From contig JAUWMV010000011.1 of the NCBI GenBank assembly GCA_030613005.1, positions 1,740 through 65,739 on the forward strand: a stretch of DNA of 64,000 bases. The letters run 5' to 3'. The stretch's first letter is position 1. Every line of letters starts with the position of its first letter. Below, piece by piece: positions 23,110 through 33,764 of this stretch. The notes below the pieces were generated by a model. It was not told where the DNA came from. It did no database searches and saw nothing but the letters and a program-made list of their open reading frames with translations. The translations under genes were made by a program, and so were the position numbers. The DNA comes from a bacterium. Its GTDB lineage: Bacteria; UBP14; UBA6098; B30-G16.

Positions 23110-24309
23110 TTAGTTTTTAATTACGTTATATTTCTTGCCGATCTTCTCGAATGCTGCAATAGCCTTATCTAAATGTTCCTTTTCGTGTGCTGCAGATAAC
23201 TGGACACGAACTCTTGCTTGACCCTTAGCGACTACGGGATAATAAAAACCAATAACATAAATACCCTCATCCAAAAGATCATTAGCGAATTTTTGCGCCA
23301 ACTCACCTTCATAGAGCATAATGGGAATTATTGGATGAACTCCATCTTTTACAGAAAGACCTATGTTCTGAAGTCCTTTACGGAAATAATTTGTATTCCA
23401 TTCAAGTTTGTCACGAAGTTCTGTTGTGCTGGAAATGAAATCAAAAACCTCAATTGTTGCAGCGACAATCTGTGGTGGAACTGTATTCGAAAATAGATAT
23501 GGACGCGAACGCTGTCGGAGCAAATCAATAATTTCTTGTGGTCCGGATACGAAACCACCGGACGCACCACCAAGTGCTTTCCCTAATGTAGATGTAATAA
23601 TATCCACTTTAACACCGTTATATTCTGGGGTACCACGCCCCGTCTTCCCTAAAAACCCAGTGGCATGAGCATCGTCAACCATCACAATTGCACCATATTT
23701 CTCCGCTAAAGGCACAATCTCCTTCAAATTGGCAATATCGCCATCCATAGAGAAAACCCCGTCAGTAGCTACGACACGAAACTTTTTATCCTGTGCTTCT
23801 TTAAGCTTTTCCTCGAGGTCAGTCATGTCTGCATGATTGAAAATTAATCTTTTAGCCTTCCTAGTTAATCTTATACCGTCAATAATCGAGGCGTGATTAA
23901 GAGCATCCGTAATAATAGCACTGTTCTCATTGTTAAAAAACGGTTCAAAAACGCCACCATTGGCATCAAAACATGCTGCATACAGAATAGAATCGTCCAT
24001 TCCCAAGAACTCGGATATTTTTCGTTCAAGTTTCTTGTGAATGTCGAGCGTTCCGCAAATGAACCTCACCGAGGACATACCATAAGAGTATTTATTGAAT
24101 GTTCTTATCGATGCTTCTTTAATTCTGGGATTATTGCATAGTCCAAGATAGTTGTTAGCACAGAAATTGAGAACCTTCTTGCCTCCCTCGATCTCAATTT
24201 CAGCATCCTGAGGGGAAATTATTATTCGTTCGTCCTTCCAGAGTCCGGCATCCTTAATAGAATGAAGCTCTTCTATAAGCCATTCTTTTAATGCTCCACC
24301 AAATGCCAT
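23110..24309 (-). CDS. kbl: 2-amino-3-ketobutyrate CoA ligase (glycine C-acetyltransferase).
   Basis: 399 aa class-II aminotransferase-fold alpha-oxoamine synthase. PLP-lysine region STLGKALGGASGGF. Neighbourhood with tdh. Confidence 0.88.
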   Translation of the reverse strand: MAFGGALKEWLIEELHSIKDAGLWKDERIIISPQDAEIEIEGGKKVLNFCANNYLGLCNNPRIKEASIRTFNKYSYGMSSVRFICGTLDIHKKLERKISEFLGMDDSILYAACFDANGGVFEPFFNNENSAIITDALNHASIIDGIRLTRKAKRLIFNHADMTDLEEKLKEAQDKKFRVVATDGVFSMDGDIANLKEIVPLAEKYGAIVMVDDAHATGFLGKTGRGTPEYNGVKVDIITSTLGKALGGASGGFVSGPQEIIDLLRQRSRPYLFSNTVPPQIVAATIEVFDFISSTTELRDKLEWNTNYFRKGLQNIGLSVKDGVHPIIPIMLYEGELAQKFANDLLDEGIYVIGFYYPVVAKGQARVRVQLSAAHEKEHLDKAIAAFEKIGKKYNVIKN

Positions 24310-24487
24310 TTTTCAACCTCCTGTATTACTGTTAAATACTGTTGAATATCATTGCCAATTAATTGCCATACAGTAAAAAATGCAAGTTCACATGTTAAAA
24401 AAATCACAATTTAAAAAGATTTAAATAAATAATGGCATATTCAGCAAAAAGCAAAGTTAGACTCAACTTTATTGCGAATTTTCCTTT

Positions 24488-26698
24488 TCATTTTGCTATA
24501 TCATTATTCTGCGACGGTTCCTCCGCATTCTCCATTTTGTTCTCGTTTTTATTTCCAACTTCATCTTGTGCAGACTTATCTTCATGAGTTTCTTCTTGTA
24601 TAACATCTTTGGAAACTTCGTTTATTTCCAAGTTTGAGTTTACTTTTCCCTCAGCTGTCGATTTCTCTTTTCGATTTCTATACCATTTTAAAAATAACCG
24701 CCACCAATATGTTCCATCTAAATTGACACTTCTGGCAAGGTTAATTTTAGTTTCGTGCGATGAAATTTTTCCATCGCCATTCACATCGATATAGGTCTCA
24801 CGAAATCTGATATTAACTACTAAAGATCTATGTGGTTTCATGGAAAAATCAAACCCCCAGCTTTGCTGGTCATTTAGTTCCCGGAAGAGTTTCTTAACTC
24901 CTTTTTGCTCGATGTAAAATGCTATTTTAGTAATTTGTTTAACAACTGGATATTTAAAATCTAGATAACAGCTGAAATACTTCTCATCTAATTTTGCATG
25001 ATAAATATCTCTATATTTTATCTCTGTCTCTATCCATCCTGGAATATTTATGTTAAGGCTTGTATTCCAACCGAAAAGCCATCCTTTTTTACTTGAAATT
25101 TCACTCCCTAAAACAACAAGTTCTAAATTACCATCCTCATCTTTCACAAAGCGCGCCTTATTGCCTTCATAGAATCTATCGAAAACTCCGTTCACGAAAC
25201 CGGGACTCTGTGTATCAAAACCTAAGCCGATTTCGAAATACTTAAATGAAAATAAAAGATTTGGGAATGTCATTCCAGCTAATGGCTTATCGCTAAATGT
25301 AGATAGTACAACTGCTTCACCTGCAATGCTTCCTCGGAACTGCCAAATCTTCCAAAGAGAGTAAAACATGTTGAAACTCAGGCTGTGAAGTTGTCCAAAA
25401 CCCATTTCATCGAGACTTTGTGGATTAGCCTCAATAATGACACTATCCTCTGGATAATTATAAAAATCTGGGTCGGGATCGATTCTATCAGGATAAGAAT
25501 CTCCGTCTCTATCTTGGATATCAACTAATTGATTAAAGTCACTTACATAACTGAATCCTAGTAGAAATTTCTCAGGATTGCCCCAGTTAATATGCGATCC
25601 AACTAACGTAGGTCGACTTATATCATTAACAAAAATATAACTTCGAAAACTCGGCAAATTCAATCTAAGGTCTAAACCGGTTCTATAATCAAACGGCAGG
25701 AAAACAGCATTACAATAATTATCGACCAAAAGCCCTTGTGCAAATGTTATTCTTTTCAGAATTCCTGCTCTAAGATAAAATTGATTTAATGGATTAAAAA
25801 GTTGTATGTAATGAATATGATCAACAAGATCGCTCCATTCATTCCATGTTTCTTTGTAGTATTTACCTTTCACAGAGGATGCCAACCACAGGTCATATAC
25901 AAATCCAAAGTTAATGTATTTTATTTTTAACAAACCACCTCCGTAAATATAATTAGTGCCTTTGTATGAAACAATCCCACCGTAACCAGTGAAATTATAA
26001 TTAAATTTCTTAGGTCTTTTACTCGGCAGATCGAAATCAAAAGAACCAGTGGGCAAAAGTTTTTTATTTAAAAGCTCAAATATGTAATTGGCATCTTTAC
26101 GATTATCCTTAAGTTTTTCTATGGATTGTATTTTATATTCTCCATATGAGTAACAAGATTTTTCAGTTAGCCACACTGTTGTGTCGTTAATAGAAACAAA
26201 CACGCTTCTTTTGCCGGCATATTTAATAATTACAGAGTCTGTTATGAATTTATAACATATGTTGTCAATTTTACTTTTTTTATGAATTATAACTTCACCA
26301 TTAAGTATATAAAATATTCTCTCTTCTAAATCTACATTAAAACACGAGTTCTTTGAAAACTCCAATATTTGACCGGGGCATATCAATAGAAAAGCTTTGT
26401 CATCTCCTGTACAAATTGTTTTACACTCTGGGATTCCCGAACCTAACGATACAATTCCTCGGATTGTATCGAGAGAATCTGGCTTAATGAAAGCAGTTTC
26501 ACCATAGAGTAAAATCGGTGATGGAAATATATCGGAATTATTATAGCTGGATCGTTCATCCGAAGGAATCTGTGCAGATATAGTTATATTCAAAAATAAA
26601 ACAAACAAAAAAATAGCGATATTTTGCAGAGAAATTTCCTTTGCCTTTTGACATGAAATAATTGTCATTTCAAAAAATCCCCTCATTAAGAAGCTCAT
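24488..26698 (-). CDS. Large hypothetical secreted or outer-membrane protein with acidic low-complexity C-terminal tail.
   Basis: 736 aa. N-terminal hydrophobic segment plus AQ cleavage-like site. Aromatic-rich alternating stretches suggest beta-structure. C-terminus EETHEDKSAQDEVGNKNENKMENAEEPSQNNDIAK. No recognisable catalytic motif. Inserted between kbl and tdh. Confidence 0.5.
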   Translation of the reverse strand: MSFLMRGFFEMTIISCQKAKEISLQNIAIFLFVLFLNITISAQIPSDERSSYNNSDIFPSPILLYGETAFIKPDSLDTIRGIVSLGSGIPECKTICTGDDKAFLLICPGQILEFSKNSCFNVDLEERIFYILNGEVIIHKKSKIDNICYKFITDSVIIKYAGKRSVFVSINDTTVWLTEKSCYSYGEYKIQSIEKLKDNRKDANYIFELLNKKLLPTGSFDFDLPSKRPKKFNYNFTGYGGIVSYKGTNYIYGGGLLKIKYINFGFVYDLWLASSVKGKYYKETWNEWSDLVDHIHYIQLFNPLNQFYLRAGILKRITFAQGLLVDNYCNAVFLPFDYRTGLDLRLNLPSFRSYIFVNDISRPTLVGSHINWGNPEKFLLGFSYVSDFNQLVDIQDRDGDSYPDRIDPDPDFYNYPEDSVIIEANPQSLDEMGFGQLHSLSFNMFYSLWKIWQFRGSIAGEAVVLSTFSDKPLAGMTFPNLLFSFKYFEIGLGFDTQSPGFVNGVFDRFYEGNKARFVKDEDGNLELVVLGSEISSKKGWLFGWNTSLNINIPGWIETEIKYRDIYHAKLDEKYFSCYLDFKYPVVKQITKIAFYIEQKGVKKLFRELNDQQSWGFDFSMKPHRSLVVNIRFRETYIDVNGDGKISSHETKINLARSVNLDGTYWWRLFLKWYRNRKEKSTAEGKVNSNLEINEVSKDVIQEETHEDKSAQDEVGNKNENKMENAEEPSQNNDIAK

Positions 26699-26913
26699 CG
26701 CTGGTAACTATCAGTCAGTATAACAAAAGCATTGGATAAGATATTTCTTTCAACTTGCAACCTGAAAGTTCCGAATTATCAATTTATTAAGTGTAAATAA
26801 AATTTCAAATGCCAAATGAGAATTTTGAATCTGAATCGTTCTCTTTTTCTAACTAAAACAAATTCAAACAAAAAGTATTTCAATCGATACATTAAATTTC
26901 TATTTGAAACGCA

Positions 26914-26942
26914 AATAAAAAAAGGACGGTTTCACTCCGTCC
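26914..26942 (-). terminator. Intrinsic terminator downstream of tdh.
   Basis: Stem GGACGG/CCGTCC (26924-26929 / 26937-26942) with loop TTTCACT. On the minus strand it is followed by the T-run complementary to AAAAAAA at 26914-26923. Confidence 0.55.
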
Positions 26943-26981
26943 CTTTAAATTGTTGATATTAGATCTATACAATTCAAAAAT

Positions 26982-28100
26982 TTACTGCTTACCCATGCGC
27001 TTTTTGGCTGCCTTAAGCTCCACTGGATCCGGGAACAAAATAACTTTCGCACTAACTCGCGGACGCTCGATCATCCTCTTAAATCCTTCTTCAAAGTCCT
27101 CAAGAGTATACATATGCGTAATCACTGGAGAAGGATCAAATCTTCCGGATGCTAACAATGCACGATCTCGATACCAGGTATCAAAGATTTTCCTGCCACT
27201 AATACCATGGATCTGGCAAGATTTAAAAACAATCCCATTATTATAGTCGACAGGCAATGGTGATTCTGGGGCTATTCCAAATGCAGTAATTCTTCCAGCT
27301 TTGCGTACTCCAGCGAAACAATCGACAATAGAATCCTGACTTCCAACCATTTCCAATGCAATATCGACACCGTTTCCATCGGTATTATCCATAATGAATT
27401 CAAGCCTTTCTTCAGGAGTGGTTCGATTTGTATATAGCTGAATGTCTGCACCCATTCTTCTTGCAATCTCCATATTAAAATCGTATTTCCCGAAATGGAT
27501 AATTTTTGCTACACCAGCTGTTCTTGCAATTCCAATTGCGAAAAGTGAAATTGGACCGTCACCGGTTATAAGCATAGATTTTCCGAGAAGATCGTTATCG
27601 TAACCACAAACCGCAAAACAAGCGTTACCTAATGGTTCCTGAATCGTAGCAAATTCAGGAGGAATGGATTTATCATTAACCCAACAAACCGATTCATGAA
27701 CCATAAAATACTCGGCAAATGCGCCATCTGTGTCTACGCCTAATATTCTCATGTTAGTTCCCACGTGAAATACTCCTAAAAGCGAGGTCAGATCACCCGG
27801 GTCATATATATGTGTTTCCGCAGAAATATAGTCTCCGACTTTAATTCTTCTGCATTCGTTACCAACCTCGACAACTTCACCTGCAACTTCATGTCCTAGT
27901 ATTTGTGGTAATGCCTTCTCTCCTATTCTACCTGCAGACCATTGATCCCATTTATAAATATGAACATCCGTTCCACAAATAGATGTCGCACGGACTTTAA
28001 CTAACACCCAATCTGGAAGGAGTTTTGGAATATGCACTTCAAGATATTCTGCACCAAGTTGCGGTTTAGTTTTAACAACAGCTTTCATTTTTCCCTGCAT
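26982..28100 (-). CDS. tdh: L-threonine 3-dehydrogenase (zinc-dependent MDR family).
   Basis: 372 aa. GHEVAGEVVEVG zinc-ADH motif. Rossmann GxGxxG. Classic pairing with kbl. RBS GGAGGTGTATATATG. Confidence 0.88.
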   Translation of the reverse strand: MQGKMKAVVKTKPQLGAEYLEVHIPKLLPDWVLVKVRATSICGTDVHIYKWDQWSAGRIGEKALPQILGHEVAGEVVEVGNECRRIKVGDYISAETHIYDPGDLTSLLGVFHVGTNMRILGVDTDGAFAEYFMVHESVCWVNDKSIPPEFATIQEPLGNACFAVCGYDNDLLGKSMLITGDGPISLFAIGIARTAGVAKIIHFGKYDFNMEIARRMGADIQLYTNRTTPEERLEFIMDNTDGNGVDIALEMVGSQDSIVDCFAGVRKAGRITAFGIAPESPLPVDYNNGIVFKSCQIHGISGRKIFDTWYRDRALLASGRFDPSPVITHMYTLEDFEEGFKRMIERPRVSAKVILFPDPVELKAAKKRMGKQ

Positions 28101-28131
28101 ATATACACCTCCTTCATAATAATTGAAACGC

Positions 28132-28947
28132 TTAGGTCGTCAATTTTCCTCCATTTATCTGTAATATGAGCTTTTCTATCTCCTTTTTATCAGGTGCATC
28201 AGGATAGTTGTTTATATACTTTCTTAACGATTCCACAGCTTTTTCATATTCAGCTTGTTTGTAATAGGTAGCTGCTAATGCCAACCATGCCGAAACCAAC
28301 TTCGGGGATAATTGCGTAGCTTTCCTTAGTTCATCCAAAGCTTCAAAACTATGTCCCCTTAAATAATAAATCGAACCTAAGTTCATATGAAACAATGCAT
28401 TATTCGGTTCGATTTTTACAGCTTTTTCGAAATTCTCTGTAGCATCAGCGTATCGAGACCTTTTATAATTTGTCCACCCTAAGCCGAAATAACCCCACGC
28501 ATTATTCTCGTTTAAATCAATTACCTTCTGACAATATCTCTCCTGTTCTTCAAGGTCGTCGAGAAGTCGTCCGAAAAGATATATATAAGTATCGTTACCC
28601 GGATTGCTTTTCATCAATTCCTTGTATTCCTTAAGTAAAGCTTTGGTCTCTCTATTTCGAGCTTGAATCCTCTGATATAGAATATGCGCTTCAACATATT
28701 CATTATATTCTCTAATAGCTAAAAGAGCTTCATCTTTAGCCAGAGGATATTGTCCATTTAAAAAATCTTCCAAAGCCTTATTGTAATGAGGTATTGCGTT
28801 ACTTAACTGCTTTTCTTTTGGGGTAGCAAAACAACCTTGACCACATAAAACAACAATACATGATATTACAATTATAATCAGCAGTGGTTTTACTTGTAAG
28901 TAATTATTTAAAAAGCTTAAATTGCTGTAATATCTCTTCATACTCAT
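28132..28947 (-). CDS. TPR-repeat protein with N-terminal signal or TM segment.
   Basis: Multiple TPR-like W/Y-x-G-x-A-Y repeats (ALFHMNLGSIYYLRGHSFEAL, AWGYFGLGWTNYKRSRYADA). Confidence 0.65.
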   Translation of the reverse strand: MSMKRYYSNLSFLNNYLQVKPLLIIIVISCIVVLCGQGCFATPKEKQLSNAIPHYNKALEDFLNGQYPLAKDEALLAIREYNEYVEAHILYQRIQARNRETKALLKEYKELMKSNPGNDTYIYLFGRLLDDLEEQERYCQKVIDLNENNAWGYFGLGWTNYKRSRYADATENFEKAVKIEPNNALFHMNLGSIYYLRGHSFEALDELRKATQLSPKLVSAWLALAATYYKQAEYEKAVESLRKYINNYPDAPDKKEIEKLILQINGGKLTT

Positions 28948-29071
28948 ATTATTGAATCACCATCCTAATTAAATATTAAAATATTTTACAAAGAATTCCA
29001 AAATATCCAATAAAGAAAAACAATACATTTATAAATAGTGCTTCTAATATAGAATATCTGTAAGCCATAAA

Positions 29072-30361
29072 TTAATCACATGCGGTTCCACCCATAAATC
29101 TATATTGCTTAATTTCCTCCCTTGAAGGAAGATACGGTTTAATAAAATCTAACTTACTTCTCGCCATACCACCCCAATCTGGATTGTTAATTACTTGACG
29201 ATAGACTTTCGATGCCTTGAGAAATGTACATTTAACCTCCATATTAACTTCACCGGATTCTGGAACTTTATCCATTGCTTGTGAGTAAACAATGTCACCT
29301 TCTACAATATATATATAACCAAAATTGGGATCTATTTTCTTAGCTTTCGATATATAGTTTCGCGCACTATTATAACGTTTCATGTCTTTATAAGTATTTG
29401 CAATATCACATAGTAATTTTACACTCTTTGCATTGAATTCCTCAGCTTTTTTAAACTGTGTCAGTGCCTCTTTGAATTCCTTGTTGGCAGCTTTAACAAG
29501 ACCTAAATACTGATAGCCTCTATAATCGTCGGGATTGGTTTTAATATATTCATCGAGAATAGAAAGAGACCTATCAAATTCACCGCATTTAGCGCAATAT
29601 TGCCCAAATTTTAAAAGATAATCCGGTTCCTCGGGTAGTAACTGTACAAGGTTTCCAAAAGCCTTCATTGCATCTTCATTCTTGTTATGTGCTACGTATA
29701 TTTTAGATAAAATATCCCATATATAAGCCTGATTTGAATCCACTATAACAGATTTTTCATACCAGATCATAGCTGAATCAAGTTTGCTTTGTCGAAGAAA
29801 AATTGAACCTATTGCATTAATACTCGTATAATCGTTCGCATCGAGTGAAACAGCTCTCTGGAAATTAACAAGTGCCTTATAACAGAAATTGTCAATTTGT
29901 TGCGTAATCTTTTCCTTTATTGTAGAATCTGCATCTTCAATTTCACCTTCAAGTCTGCTCACTATCTTTTGATAGATATAGCCAAGCCCGGAAAAAAAGT
30001 ATGGATTGGTCGGAAATTGCTTTGTGGCGGTCTCATATAGCACCTGAGCAGAATCGATGTATGTAGTATCCGGATGTCTTAAATAAGAATCTGCAAGATA
30101 TTTATACCCCAGTTCATTAACTGGATCGATTTCCAGAACCTTCTTGAAATTCCTTATAGCATCGTCGTACTGCTTATTTTTATAATATTCTATGCCAAAG
30201 GAAAGGTGTTTTCTAATTTCTAAATTTATTTTTGCGGTATCTACCTCGGTCGCTTCTGCAGGAATTTTTTCAATGCTCTCCATCTGAGGTGCACATGAAA
30301 GCACGCATAAAACAGTGAAAATAAATATTCCGAAAATGATAGTAATCCGAACCGATTTCAT
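29072..30361 (-). CDS. TPR-repeat lipoprotein.
   Basis: Lipobox VLSCAPQ. At least 7 TPR-like repeats. Confidence 0.65.
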   Translation of the reverse strand: MKSVRITIIFGIFIFTVLCVLSCAPQMESIEKIPAEATEVDTAKINLEIRKHLSFGIEYYKNKQYDDAIRNFKKVLEIDPVNELGYKYLADSYLRHPDTTYIDSAQVLYETATKQFPTNPYFFSGLGYIYQKIVSRLEGEIEDADSTIKEKITQQIDNFCYKALVNFQRAVSLDANDYTSINAIGSIFLRQSKLDSAMIWYEKSVIVDSNQAYIWDILSKIYVAHNKNEDAMKAFGNLVQLLPEEPDYLLKFGQYCAKCGEFDRSLSILDEYIKTNPDDYRGYQYLGLVKAANKEFKEALTQFKKAEEFNAKSVKLLCDIANTYKDMKRYNSARNYISKAKKIDPNFGYIYIVEGDIVYSQAMDKVPESGEVNMEVKCTFLKASKVYRQVINNPDWGGMARSKLDFIKPYLPSREEIKQYRFMGGTACD

Positions 30362-30442
30362 CCGACCCTCAATTCATTAAGGTTTTAGAACAAGGAATTC
30401 ATATTGAACCTGAATAATTTAAAGTCAAGATAATATTCTTTT

Positions 30443-31009
30443 TTATTTTATTAACAAGATTCTTCTAACTTTTTCTCTATTTCCAGAAAAGCTTTAATGA
30501 AAAATATTCCTGATGTTAAATCATCGGCTTTCCAAGCAATCTCATTTTGATATGCATCGATGTTGAATGTTTCTAGTTTTCTTCCATTCAAATCGAAAAT
30601 TTGTATAGTAGCTTTTCGGAGATAATATCCGGAAAAAGCGTTTGCATGGAATCAAAAGCTTTCACGATCTCAGAATATGTTCTATAACCACCCATATCCT
30701 CCGGTTCAAGATGAGCTAATAATATTCTGGAAGGTCTTCAATTATTATTTGGTATGGAATTACCCAATAGTTAAGAATGTCTATATCATTTTTATCTGCA
30801 ACAATTTCTATATAGGCTTTTCCGCGAACGTATGCTATATCGAAGTTATATCGCAATTTCATGAACTTAAAATTTGATTGCCCAATTCTGACTAATGATT
30901 GACAAGAAACAATTGATACAATAAATAAAACAGTTACAATAAAAAATCTTTTCATATGTACCTCCACAATATAACTTTTCAAGATATGAATATTTTCAAT
31001 TGTATTCAA
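30443..31009 (-). pseudogene. Frameshifted or truncated remnant of a secreted M14 zinc-carboxypeptidase-like gene.
   Basis: Track ORF 30716..31009 has an internal signal peptide (MKRFFIVTVLFIVSIVSCQ). It terminates and continues in another frame 20 nt downstream as LAHLEPEDMGGYRTYSEIVKAFDSMQTLFPDIISEKLLYKFSI, which resembles the start of the M14 catalytic domain. It then shifts frame again (LNGRKLETFNIDAYQNEIAWKADDLTSGIFF...) and stops at 30443. No zinc-binding HxxE core remains. Confidence 0.4.
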
Positions 31010-31890
31010 GGTTTTTAGGATTCATTTTGAAATTTATTTCTTTCAATTCCCCAGCAAAAATTAATCTTTTCCTTTATATAACAGGGAAACGAGATGATGG
31101 CTATCATGAATTATTTTCGTTAGTTCAGCAAATTGACTTGAGGGACATTATGCAAATCAAACCAAGCGATCATTTCGAGTTATCCGTTAAAGGACCTGAA
31201 ATCCACGGTGAAAACATAATTGTCAAAGCAAAGAAAGCACTGGAAGATTACTTAAAACGAGCAATAAATTTAGAGGTAATTCTTTCCAAACGCATACCGA
31301 TAGGCTCTGGTTTAGGTGGAGGTAGTTCAAACGCTGCAACTTTTCTTAAAGCTGCTAATAACATTCTCAAATTAGGACTACAAACCAAACAGCTAATTGA
31401 CATTGGCTCAACAATTGGTTCCGATGTTCCAATATTTTTCTCAGACCATGGAGCTTTAATATCCAGTAGAGGTGAAGCGATAAAATCGGTGAATTTACCA
31501 ACCGACTACTGGATTTTGCTTATTGTGCCCGATTTCTCGATAGATACCATGTGGGCTTACGCTCAGGTAAAAGAATATAATCAACCACCAGATATTTTAA
31601 TGAATGAGAGTTTCGACGATCACGATCGCTTTTGGGAACTTATAGGATCATTTAAAAATTCCTTCGAACCGATTCTAACTTCACATTATCCGGAAGTTTA
31701 TAGTGACATAAAAAAATTAAGGCATTTAGGTGCGGAATTTGCAAGTATAACTGGCAGTGGTGCAGCCTACTATGGAATTTTCCGAGACTTAACTGTTATG
31801 TTATCTGTAGCATCAGACAATTGGCATGGCAAAGTTTTTTTACTTAGACCATTGAAAGTTACTAAAACAGTAATCGAGAATAATCTTTAA
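31000..31890 (+). CDS. ispE: 4-diphosphocytidyl-2-C-methyl-D-erythritol kinase.
   Basis: GHMP kinase motifs: AKINLFL N-terminus, KRIPIGSGLGGGSSNAA. The true start may be the TTG at ~31027. Confidence 0.85.
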   Translation: MYSRFLGFILKFISFNSPAKINLFLYITGKRDDGYHELFSLVQQIDLRDIMQIKPSDHFELSVKGPEIHGENIIVKAKKALEDYLKRAINLEVILSKRIPIGSGLGGGSSNAATFLKAANNILKLGLQTKQLIDIGSTIGSDVPIFFSDHGALISSRGEAIKSVNLPTDYWILLIVPDFSIDTMWAYAQVKEYNQPPDILMNESFDDHDRFWELIGSFKNSFEPILTSHYPEVYSDIKKLRHLGAEFASITGSGAAYYGIFRDLTVMLSVASDNWHGKVFLLRPLKVTKTVIENNL

Positions 31891-31892
31891 AG

Positions 31893-32774
31893 CTACTCAA
31901 CATTTTGTATTTGCTCTCTTATTCGTTCCACTTCCTCTTTAAAATCGATGACAAGTTGAGATACTTCCGTGCTGTCAGTTTTAGAACCAATGGTGTTTAT
32001 TTCTCTGTGACATTCCTGCAAAATGAAATTAAACTGACTTCCAACTGGTTTTCGGCTTCTAAATAATTTCAGCATACGATCTGTGTGAGCCTTAAGTCGT
32101 GTAATTTCTTCAGTAACATCAGCTCTTACAGCAAGATGTGCAACCTCCTGAAGTAATCTTTTCTCGTCTATTTCAACATCTTCGATGATTTTAGAAATTT
32201 GTTCGCGAATTTTTTCATAACGAGCTTTCTGCGTTTCAACCTCAAGTTTTCCTATAAGTTCTGTAATCTTACAAAGCGAATTAACTCGTTTTTTTAAGTC
32301 CTTTTGAAGGGCAGAACCTTCCACACGTCTTGACTCTTTCAAGTTCAAGAGAGCTTTCTCTGTCGAATTCAATGCAAGAATTAATGCTTTGTTTTGGTAC
32401 TCTGGATTTGGAGTTTTATTCAATAACTCTGACATTTGGAGGAATCTTTCTAACGATACACCCGTATTCTCGAGTTGCAATCGTGAATCTATTCGTTTAA
32501 TAATCGATGTATACAAGTCCAAAAGAACCTCGTCAATCTCTATATTCCAGATATCTGTTATCGAGCTTACAATATTCACATTAAGCATAACTTTTCCGCG
32601 GGATGCATATTTTCGAATTAGTTCCGCAAATTCACTTTCAAAACCGCTGAGAAATGCATTAACTCTTATACTCGGCTCTAAATATCGAGAATTAATCGAT
32701 CGCACTTCAGCGGAAATCGTTAATCCATCAGCAGAAACAACAGCACTACCCTGACCAGTCATTGAATAAAACAT
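31893..32774 (-). CDS. yicC: YicC/YloC-family stress-induced protein.
   Basis: 293 aa. N-terminal MTGQGSA...RSINSRYLE and C-terminal DUF1732-like coiled-coil region typical of the YicC family. Confidence 0.7.
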   Translation of the reverse strand: MFYSMTGQGSAVVSADGLTISAEVRSINSRYLEPSIRVNAFLSGFESEFAELIRKYASRGKVMLNVNIVSSITDIWNIEIDEVLLDLYTSIIKRIDSRLQLENTGVSLERFLQMSELLNKTPNPEYQNKALILALNSTEKALLNLKESRRVEGSALQKDLKKRVNSLCKITELIGKLEVETQKARYEKIREQISKIIEDVEIDEKRLLQEVAHLAVRADVTEEITRLKAHTDRMLKLFRSRKPVGSQFNFILQECHREINTIGSKTDSTEVSQLVIDFKEEVERIREQIQNVE

Positions 32775-32777
32775 AGA

Positions 32778-33572
32778 TTATCTCCCAAATATCGATTTTA
32801 AACTCTTTTTCATTATACTTTCGCCAGTTTCCTTGGATTCTTCCTCAGCACTTTCCTCCAATCCTTGTTTGAGCATTTCTTTTATAGAGAATTTTTTAGG
32901 TTTCTCAGTAATGGCAGTTTTTGCGCCTTTCCAAGCGTAGTTTAATAATTCCATCTCGGTTTCAGAAGATTTCAGTTTCACAATCCCTGTGACCGGAATA
33001 TCCTCTGTAACCCAGATGTCCATTCTTTCATTTCCCGAAGTATCTATATATGTAATATGATGGCATTCAAATTTACCTGCTGGAACTTTTATTGTCTCCT
33101 CAGTAATTGTCATTGTGGGGCTGTCGTATAAATTCGGTAAATCTTTGTAATCCTTAAAATCCATTTCATATTCTTCCTCTGGAATATCTTTCATTTCCTC
33201 GGAGTCGATCTCAAATTCCCAAGCAGGATCGTCGTTACTCTTCATAATCATAGAAAAATACGATCCTTCGCCTTCGGAAATACGACCCTTAACAAGATAT
33301 TTGAAAATTATCCTATCACCTTCCTCACTGTTTATTTCAATCTCAATCCAGTGGCAATCCTGACCATTACATTCCTCAGAACCAACTATTGAAATTTTCA
33401 TTTTCCCAGAATTTTCGGCATCCTCGGTTTTAAGATTATACTCGCACCAACTACCGATTTTTTCTTTGGCTTTCGGGGTATTAACACCTGCAAAGGGATT
33501 GAACATAGACGGTCCCTGAGCCAAAGCTAATGAAAATATTACAAGAACAACTGCCATTAGTTTAAGCTTCAT
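32778..33572 (-). CDS. Hypothetical secreted protein.
   Basis: Signal peptide MKLKLMAVVLVIFSLALAQG. Acidic C-terminal tail. 4-nt spacing from yicC. Confidence 0.5.
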   Translation of the reverse strand: MKLKLMAVVLVIFSLALAQGPSMFNPFAGVNTPKAKEKIGSWCEYNLKTEDAENSGKMKISIVGSEECNGQDCHWIEIEINSEEGDRIIFKYLVKGRISEGEGSYFSMIMKSNDDPAWEFEIDSEEMKDIPEEEYEMDFKDYKDLPNLYDSPTMTITEETIKVPAGKFECHHITYIDTSGNERMDIWVTEDIPVTGIVKLKSSETEMELLNYAWKGAKTAITEKPKKFSIKEMLKQGLEESAEEESKETGESIMKKSLKSIFGR

Positions 33573-33764
33573 ATCCTTCCTCCTTTAGACATTATATTCA
33601 GCAAGTTAATTTATAGCTATTGGATGCTTCGCACAAACAAAATGGCTTGATTTAATCGATAATTCATATATTATTTCCCTGTATGAAAATTAGCTTTCAT
33701 GAGATGAGTAAATTAAAGAAACAATGTTATCAATTTATAATTTGAGGATAACGGAGGTAAATAT

